Positions 24,813 to 64,000 of a DNA stretch of 64,000 nucleotides are shown here, piece after piece. Origin of the DNA: Gekko japonicus. Lineage: Eukaryota. Every line of letters starts with the position of its first letter. Within the stretch, counting starts at the first letter, position 1. The notes beneath the pieces were generated by a model. It had not been told where the DNA came from and ran no database searches. It worked only from the letters and a program-made list of their open reading frames with translations. A program made the position numbers and the translations under genes. The stretch spans positions 995,807 to 1,059,806 of the forward strand of contig NW_015164186.1 in NCBI RefSeq assembly GCF_001447785.1. The letters are read 5' to 3'.

Positions 24813-27800
24813 CATGTAATACTTTTTTAAAGACTAACCCAAAGAACACATCGTGCATGGTTTGAAGTTCTCCAGAACTACTCATTAGGCTTGATTTAAG
24901 AGCTCTGGAGAACTCAGAGGCTTGCATAATGTGCTCTGTTGGTCTTAATAAAAGTTAACACATGGATATTCTTCTCTTGGATCCAACTCTCTTAATTGCC
25001 AAGGCCAGAAACACAGGAGTCTATATTTTGAATGCACCCTTGAAACACAAAGTTGACTCCACAGAACAAGCAACATACTCCAAAAAAAATCTGTGGGTAC
25101 TGGTGTTTGGCTTTAAGTTGCATGAAATTTTCTTTTTTAAAGTCACAACAAACTGTTCCTCAGGCCAGAAAAAAATGAAGGAGTTTGCAAAGTCAATGGT
25201 GCATTGTTAAACTGATGTTTACCTAACCATGTCTCCTGTCTGGCAGGACAAAGGAGCAGGAAGTTAATAAACGCCAAAAAGCAGATTACAGAGACAGGCT
25301 CTGATGGTATGATTCAAGCTGTAAAAAGACAAAGGCTGTTGTTCAAAAGATGCATTCCTATTGCAGCTGCCATCAGTAAAAGCATGGATTTAATTCTAGC
25401 ATCATTCGGGCCTTGCATAAGCCCAAAGCAGAGGAAAAAAGAGGATGCAAATATCCTCCATCTCACGACTGCCAACCACAGACACTTTCCTTTAAGGTGT
25501 CTGTACCAGAAGTGGAATAACTTGGAGCTGTGCTAAGCAGTGGTTGGAATATTTGAATATATGCACCATGTTGGTCATCCCCCCTCTACCCAAGAGGATT
25601 GCTATGTCAGTAAAATGCATATGAGAATTCCCCACATCTGATGCCCTGAGCTCCTTGGAGAATAGCAGGATGCAGGTGATCTGACTACTACGGTGGGTCA
25701 TTCACAAAGTCCACATGGCAGACACATGGATTATTGACAGGACATGGTCTCAGAGGTCTAGATTGAGAACTTAATTCCATTAGTGGTGTACCACCACAAA
25801 AAAGGCAGGTGGGGACAAACACAGAGAAGGGCCTGTTCTTGTCAAACAGGTAGGTGGTGGTGATCTTTCAAGTATTTTAGCTTAAGTAGTGGAATATACC
25901 CTGTGAGCTTTTAGCCAAATGCACAAGATATAAATCAATAAATGCAATGAATTCCCGTTGGCTCACACTGTATTTGTTCCCCTCCTCCAGCCGTTATCAC
26001 CAGGGGTAACAAGACAGGGACTGGTGAATTTCGTTGCACAGGACATTCCAAGTTGCAAACACACACAAAAGACTGCCCAGGTTCTCATGTCTGCCAAAAA
26101 TGCTTGTACAGATAGAAGTCTGAGAGTAGCACAAAGGAAAGACTTCACCCAGGACAATATCTGCTCATCCACCACCATTGTTATAAACAACTCAAAGACT
26201 GAGCAGTTTCTTTCCCTGCTGGTTCTAGTTTCCCCATTGGGATGAACACCCCTCAAACCACTATCAAGCGGGCTCCCTGTCCTCTCTGCACTATAGATAT
26301 TCCCCCACTTCAAGGAAGAGTACTGAACTCCAACTGACCCAGTGGAGAACTTGCTTCCCGATTTCCCCTTCCTCCTGGCTGTGCGAAACACTTCTGTACC
26401 CATCAAGGCAATGGAGTAGTAAAAAGCCCCTTGCCTCCATCCCATTATCTTGAGCGTGCACCACCATAAATAATCTATTTGGGAGGAGGGGAGTGGTTTA
26501 TGTCAAAGAGGCCTGGGCACAGGGTCACAGCAGCTGCCACGATGAAATATTCAAGACCCCCCTTGCAGCCTGTGCAGAAGGAGAGTGGCAAACACTTATT
26601 GGATCTGACTGGGCAGATGCCCCAGCGGAGGGTGGCGGTGGTGGAGACGGCAGCTTCACTCACGGAAATGGCTATGCCACGGAGGCAGTCAGTCACGCAA
26701 GGTGCATTGTCTTGGGCCAGCTGTAGTGGGAATGGACATAGGTGACTTCAGCTCAGAGGGAGATGCGACTCCTAGGAAAAATTCTCCAACACACCTTCGG
26801 CCCCGCTCTCTACTTCCTGTCCTGTTGATGACACTTCCTCATCGTTCTCTGTTCACAACCGAGTCCCATCTAGCACTGCAGTAGCCACTTGTGCATCAGA
26901 AAACAAGTTCTGCAACCTCTCTTCCCTCACTTCAGAAAGGACCAATGTAGTTTCAAAAAGTGATTTGTGTTTTCTCCATGCCCAAGCTCCACTTTTCGTC
27001 AAACTATTGTGATCTAAGACCTCAAAAAAGGTAAGAGCAGGATGATGCCATGGGTGGGGACAACAGAGGAGGAAGGGCCAAGCCCCACTTGTGATAGAGA
27101 AGTGGAACAGAATTGCCGTTTTCTTCTTTGTAAAGTTTCTATGCTTTCGACAACGGCCTGATACAGCTTAGGATTTCTGCCTAGCACCTCACGCCCTGAA
27201 GAGCTTTACCTACTGCACTTCTGCCTATTGTACAGCAGCAGGTGAAGGAGCAGGAACCCTGCCTGGATGAAAGGAAACAAACCCCAGCTCTGACTGGCAG
27301 GCACTCCCAGGCACAGCCTTGCAGCCCAAGAGAGTTTTTAATTGGAGGGACCAAAGCCCACCTCTCACCCCCCAACCCCGGCCCACTTTCAGAAACTGAC
27401 TGCACAGAAGATGAGCTGCAGCTGTGTCCTTTGGCTTTGCAGAGATTTAGGGAGGCGAGAGTAGCCAGCACAGGATTTCCCCAAAGTAGAGAAAAAACAA
27501 GGAAGAAACATGCAAAAGAAAAGTGATTGTGTATTTCCTTCCGTTCCCATAAGCATCACGGAGGAATATGTCCAAAGGAATCCTTAGGTACCTGTCCCTT
27601 CCACACACACACACAGAAACAAAGAGCCACGTTCAAAAATGCCCTTTTATGACTCAGTGCAAAAGATAACAGGCCCTTTATGCAGCTGCAGGAACAGGTG
27701 GCTCCAGATCATTCACAGGAAGGTGGGTGAGTATGGGAAAGTGTGTGACGGAGGCACACCTGCTTTTGCTTTGGAGACCAGTGGAGTTCAGAAGGACCAA

Positions 27801-27827
27801 GAAGGTCCCTTCTTTGTACAGCAAGCA

Positions 27828-44749
<16,922 letters not shown>

Positions 44750-45218
44750 GGAAGAACACCTTTCCCCCCAAACGCAGCCAAGAGAGCTGAAGATTGTGGC
44801 TCAGGCATCGCAAGGAAGGAGAGGACCTGGAAACACACACACACAAAAAACAAGGTACCTTTCCTGGGGGCTTGGTAGGACACTCTACTGTTGCCAGGTT
44901 TCTTACTGAGCAGAGAACCACTGTCTTTACCCAGCACATCAGAGCAGATGAAGCATCTCCCACCATTGCAAGGACCAGCCTACTACAGTGACAGAGAGAC
45001 ACAATCTGATATAATTAAGAGTGCCCATTTTTTACTTAGTCCCAGCTCCTGTGCTCTTAACAGCAGACTTCTCCATATGTATTAACTGTTAATAATATGA
45101 ACAGCTTCACCTCTAGAGCAAGATGCTCTTGAAAGCACAGAAGAAGGCCAAGCAAGTACAGTGCTAGAAACTACAGTCTCCGGTTCTCAACTCTTACCGC
45201 AATCACTAGATAATCCTA

Positions 45219-45470
45219 GGTAAAGGTAAAGGTTCCCTTGCTCAAAAGCCAGTCGAATCTGACTCTAGGGTTGCGATGCTCATCTCCATTTCAAAGCCGA
45301 AGAGCCAGCGCTGTCTGAAGACATTTCCGTGGTCATGTGGCCAGCATGACTAAACACCAAGGCGCACAGAACGCTGTTACCTTCCCACTGAAGTGGTACC
45401 TATTTATCTACGTGCAATTTCTTGCTTTCGAACTGCTAGGCTGGCAGGAGCTGGAACTAGAGACAGGAGT
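45219..45470 (-). mobile_element. Sauria SINE, 5'-truncated
   Basis: TSD TCCTAGGTAA. Confidence 0.82.
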
Positions 45471-45529
45471 CCTAGGTAAGCCCACTCAAATTCAGCCTCC
45501 TATCTACAATATAGGAATAATATTGTGCT

Positions 45530-45850
45530 AGCTTGAAATGTGGATGCTATGGACTGCCAAAAAGGCAAACAACACTCACTAGAAGCTAAAATGACTAAAC
45601 TGTGGCTATCATACTTTGGTCATCACGTTATGATAAAAAAGACTCACAAGAAAAGACAATAATGCCCGGAAAAGTTGAAGGCAGCTAGAAAAGAGAAAGA
45701 GCCAACATGGGGTGGATTGATTCTATCAAGGAAACCATGTCCCTCAGTTTGCAAGACCTGCACAAGACTGTTAACTATAGGATGTTTTGGAGACCATTAA
45801 TTCACTAGGCAACCATATGTCATAAGTGACTTGACGCCACTTAACACATG
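45530..45850 (+). mobile_element. RTE-like LINE 3' fragment
   Basis: Reverse-complement similarity to the RTE at 32520-33200 (AAAATGACTAAACT...TACTTTGGTCA, GAAAAGTTGAAGGCAG). Confidence 0.6.
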
Positions 45851-46929
45851 TGCACTGTATACCTTACCCGGATGCTGCATGGAATACTGTAATAATGCCC
45901 AAGAATTATTCCAAACTCTCGACATGTGCTATGGAAATGCTATATTTATGCTACTTCTGAAATCCTTTCTTCTCTCTACACATTTATTGAAGGTACTGGC
46001 AGATCTAGACATAATGGGGGGAGGGATTTTACTCCAGCAGACTGGAAAACAAGCACCTAAATGCAAAGCAGATACTCTACTATTTTTTAAAATTATTTGT
46101 TATTTGCATTTATATCCCACCCATCCCGCGGGCAGGTTCAGGGCGGGTTAACATCGTTATAATAAATACAATTTCAGTTTAAAACACCATTGAAACATTA
46201 TAACAAATAAAACAATGGGTACAGCTTGAAACCGCATCAGTTGGCTATAAAGTTCTGGCCCAATGGTGCAATGAGTTAAAGGCCAGTAAATAGGTGGGTG
46301 ACAGATGGGTGACAGCAACCTCAGGGAGGCTACATATGGGTGCCCCTTGCCTCAACCAAAGGCCTGGCAGAACAGCTCTGTCCTGCATGCCCTGCAGAAC
46401 TGAAGAAGATCCCGCAGGGCCCTGGTCTCAATAGGGAGCAGGTTCCACCAGGCTGGGGCCAGGACAGAGAAGGCCCTGGCTGAGGCAAGACAGGCGTCCT
46501 TCGGGACTACCAAGCCACAGCCCCTTCCCTAAGCAGCAAAGACAGAGACAACCATTTGTAAAAGGACTCTGAGAAACACAGAAGACACCATTAACAAAAC
46601 CCAGAGTAGGACCTGGGAGAATCGGGTTCAAACCCACACCCAGTGACAAAACGTACTGGGTGATTTTGCACCAGCCACTCTATTCCCAAGCAGCTGAACT
46701 GACAGAGCTGTTCTAAGAATAAAACGTATTCACCATGTAGACCTCACTTTTCTCCCCAACGGGGACCCAAACTAGCTTATAACGCTCTCCCCCCTTTTCC
46801 ATCTTAGCCTCATACCAACCCTGTAAAGTAGGTCAGGCTGAAAGCGCTGACTTGGCTTAAGGGCACCTAACAAGCTTCCATGGAAGAAAGAACCTGTGTC
46901 TCCCAGATCCTAATCTTGACACCCTAACC

Positions 46930-47605
46930 ACCACATCAGGTACACCGCCCTAAGAGGCATGCGAAATACAGTCAGACAGATTTGGTGGGGGAAGGAAGGT
47001 GAAACACCCCATTACCAGTAAAAACAACTGATATTGCAATTCGACGCGCGCTGATTCAGGAATAAGCCCGACTAAAAAATTCCTTATACATAAACACTCA
47101 TAGGATGATGATGCCCCGCTACGAGAATCACTCGCGCGCTTACTTAGATTCCTGAATAAAAAGGCATTCGCTCCAACTGGAGAACGACCGTACAGCCACC
47201 ACGCAATCTCCGGTTTCGAGAAACGCATCCACAGCCGCCCGGCCCGCACAAAACACAACACCCACTTCCCGGCCACCTCCTATTATGCAAACAAGTCCCT
47301 CCCAGGGGCGGTTCTTAATCACCAAAAGCCCGCCTGCCTAATACTGAAAGTGACCCTCTCAGGGTGCGCTTGGAAAGACTTGCAAAAACAGCGTGAGCAG
47401 CCCACTTGGCGTGGTTGGCTGGTGGTGTAGTTGAAGGCTCTGTTGGCCAGCACACTCTGGTGGGTGGGGGAGAAGCACAGTGCTTGAGAGAGGCAGGTGG
47501 AGTTTGCGCGCATCATATGACCAGTAGAAAGTTGCACTTCCTGAAACTCTGCAACAAGTGTGAGTCTGGCTGTTAGGACTAGCCTTTGCTCGGCCGGGTG
47601 AAGGT
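46930..47605. promoter_or_regulatory. CpG-rich probable bidirectional promoter between POLM (-) and the GNS-like gene (+)
   Basis: Local CpG enrichment outside any recognised repeat; GC box near 47305; candidate - strand donor GTAAGC at 47143 for a non-coding POLM exon. Confidence 0.6.
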
Positions 47606-62851
<15,246 letters not shown>

Positions 62852-63044
62852 GTGAGTGTTTCTACTGTGAAGTCACAGGGCTGGATTTACTTGGGGGGGG
62901 GAACAGAGCCCCTGCAATGAGAGAACCTGAGAGAACCTAGATCATTTATTTATACCCTGCCTTTCTCTCCAGTGAGGACCCAAAACATCTCTCCTCCATT
63001 TTAGCTTCACAATAACCCTACGAGATAGATGAGGCAGAGAGTGT

Positions 63045-63201
63045 GGGCGTTTTCACACATGCTAAATAATGCAGTTTCAATCCACTTCAGCGATCTTCTG
63101 CAAGTGGGTTTTGCCATTTCACACAGTAAAATCCAGTTGCAAAGTGCATCAAAGATGCAGGTGCATCAAAAGTGTGTTACTTAGTGTGTGTGGAAGCACC
63201 C
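63045..63201. mobile_element. Small palindromic Harbinger-like MITE nested in a SINE (about 62940-63410)
   Basis: Imperfect TIRs GGGCGTTTTCACACA / TGTGTGGAAGCACCC; SINE sequence continues on both sides. Confidence 0.5.
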
Positions 63202-64000
63202 ACAGTGTGATTGGCTCAAGGTCACCCAGCAAACCTTCGTGGCAGAACAGAGATTTGAACCCGGGTCTCCCAGATCTTAGTCCAACCCTCTTAACCACTA
63301 TTGTGAGGATATGATTATGAGGATAAAATGGAGGAGATGAGACTGAGGGAGGCTGCTTTGGGTCCCCATTGGGGAGAAAGGTGGGATATAAATGAATGAA
63401 ATAAATAAACACATTATAACCAATAACTCTGTCACATGTTCACAAAGCTTTTAGAGCGTTTATACTCTTGTTCCAGTAGCCTCTTAAAGCTACCTTGTGC
63501 CACGTTCTCAACAGTTGTTAAACTTCCCAAAGTCATCAGTTTTGTTTTCTGTTGACTTAGCCTCAGTTCAGAAGTAAAACTAGCCTTTGTTTCTAATGGG
63601 GATGGTTTTGGGTAGGAACCACCCACACATCTGCAGCCATCCCTTTAATAAACATGGCCTACCTTTTACTTTCAGACAAAAACTTTGTGCCTGTAGAACA
63701 TGCAAACCCTCATATTTCCTTTCCGTCAATCTGTCATCGGGGGTTTTACCCCAAGGGGTCACTAGGTTTAACATTTGCCTATGCAAAGTGGAGTTTGTTT
63801 CTAGCCCTTCCCGTAATTTTAATACATACCAAACCAGCCTTCCAAACAGTTGGCAGAAGCTATGCTCTTGGTCTCTTTTGTGTTAGCCTTGTTGTACCCT
63901 TGTTAATTTATCTATAGTATCCCAAGGAAGTAAAATGGATGTGATTATCCCAGATCATCTCCCTTTCTGTGCTCAACACTCTCTCATGTCAGTGCAATTA

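Noticed and set aside
25963-26745. ORFs of 73-160 aa downstream of POLM
   Set aside because: No recognisable domain or splice framework; likely 3' UTR or intergenic chance ORFs.

Overview
Vertebrate genomic DNA from a squamate reptile. The SINE, Penelope and hAT repertoire points to a gecko-like lizard (inference). There are two assembly gaps. Four protein-coding genes can be rebuilt by hand with GT-AG junctions and consistent reading phases. (1) The last two exons of histone H2A.Z.2 (H2AZ2/H2AFV, + strand, C-terminus KTA). (2) An intact single-coding-exon heparan sulfate 3-O-sulfotransferase 1-like gene (- strand, 302 aa). (3) A complete 11-coding-exon DNA polymerase mu gene (POLM, - strand, about 505 aa). 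(4) The first 11 exons of an N-acetylglucosamine-6-sulfatase-like gene (+ strand, head-to-head with POLM, running off the window end). The HS3ST1-like and GNS-like genes look like divergent paralogues with unusual specificity or active-site residues: an Asp/Asp substrate gate in the first, and SULF-type [10 protein letters not shown] and DHGYH motifs in a GNS exon scaffold in the second. The rest is dense in transposons: hAT and Harbinger MITEs with clear TSDs, Sauria, Squam3-like and 5S-derived SINEs, CR1, RTE, L1 and L2 fragments, solo LTRs, and two palindromic Penelope-derived elements carrying hammerhead-ribozyme cores. No database searches were run; family assignments rest on recalled motifs.
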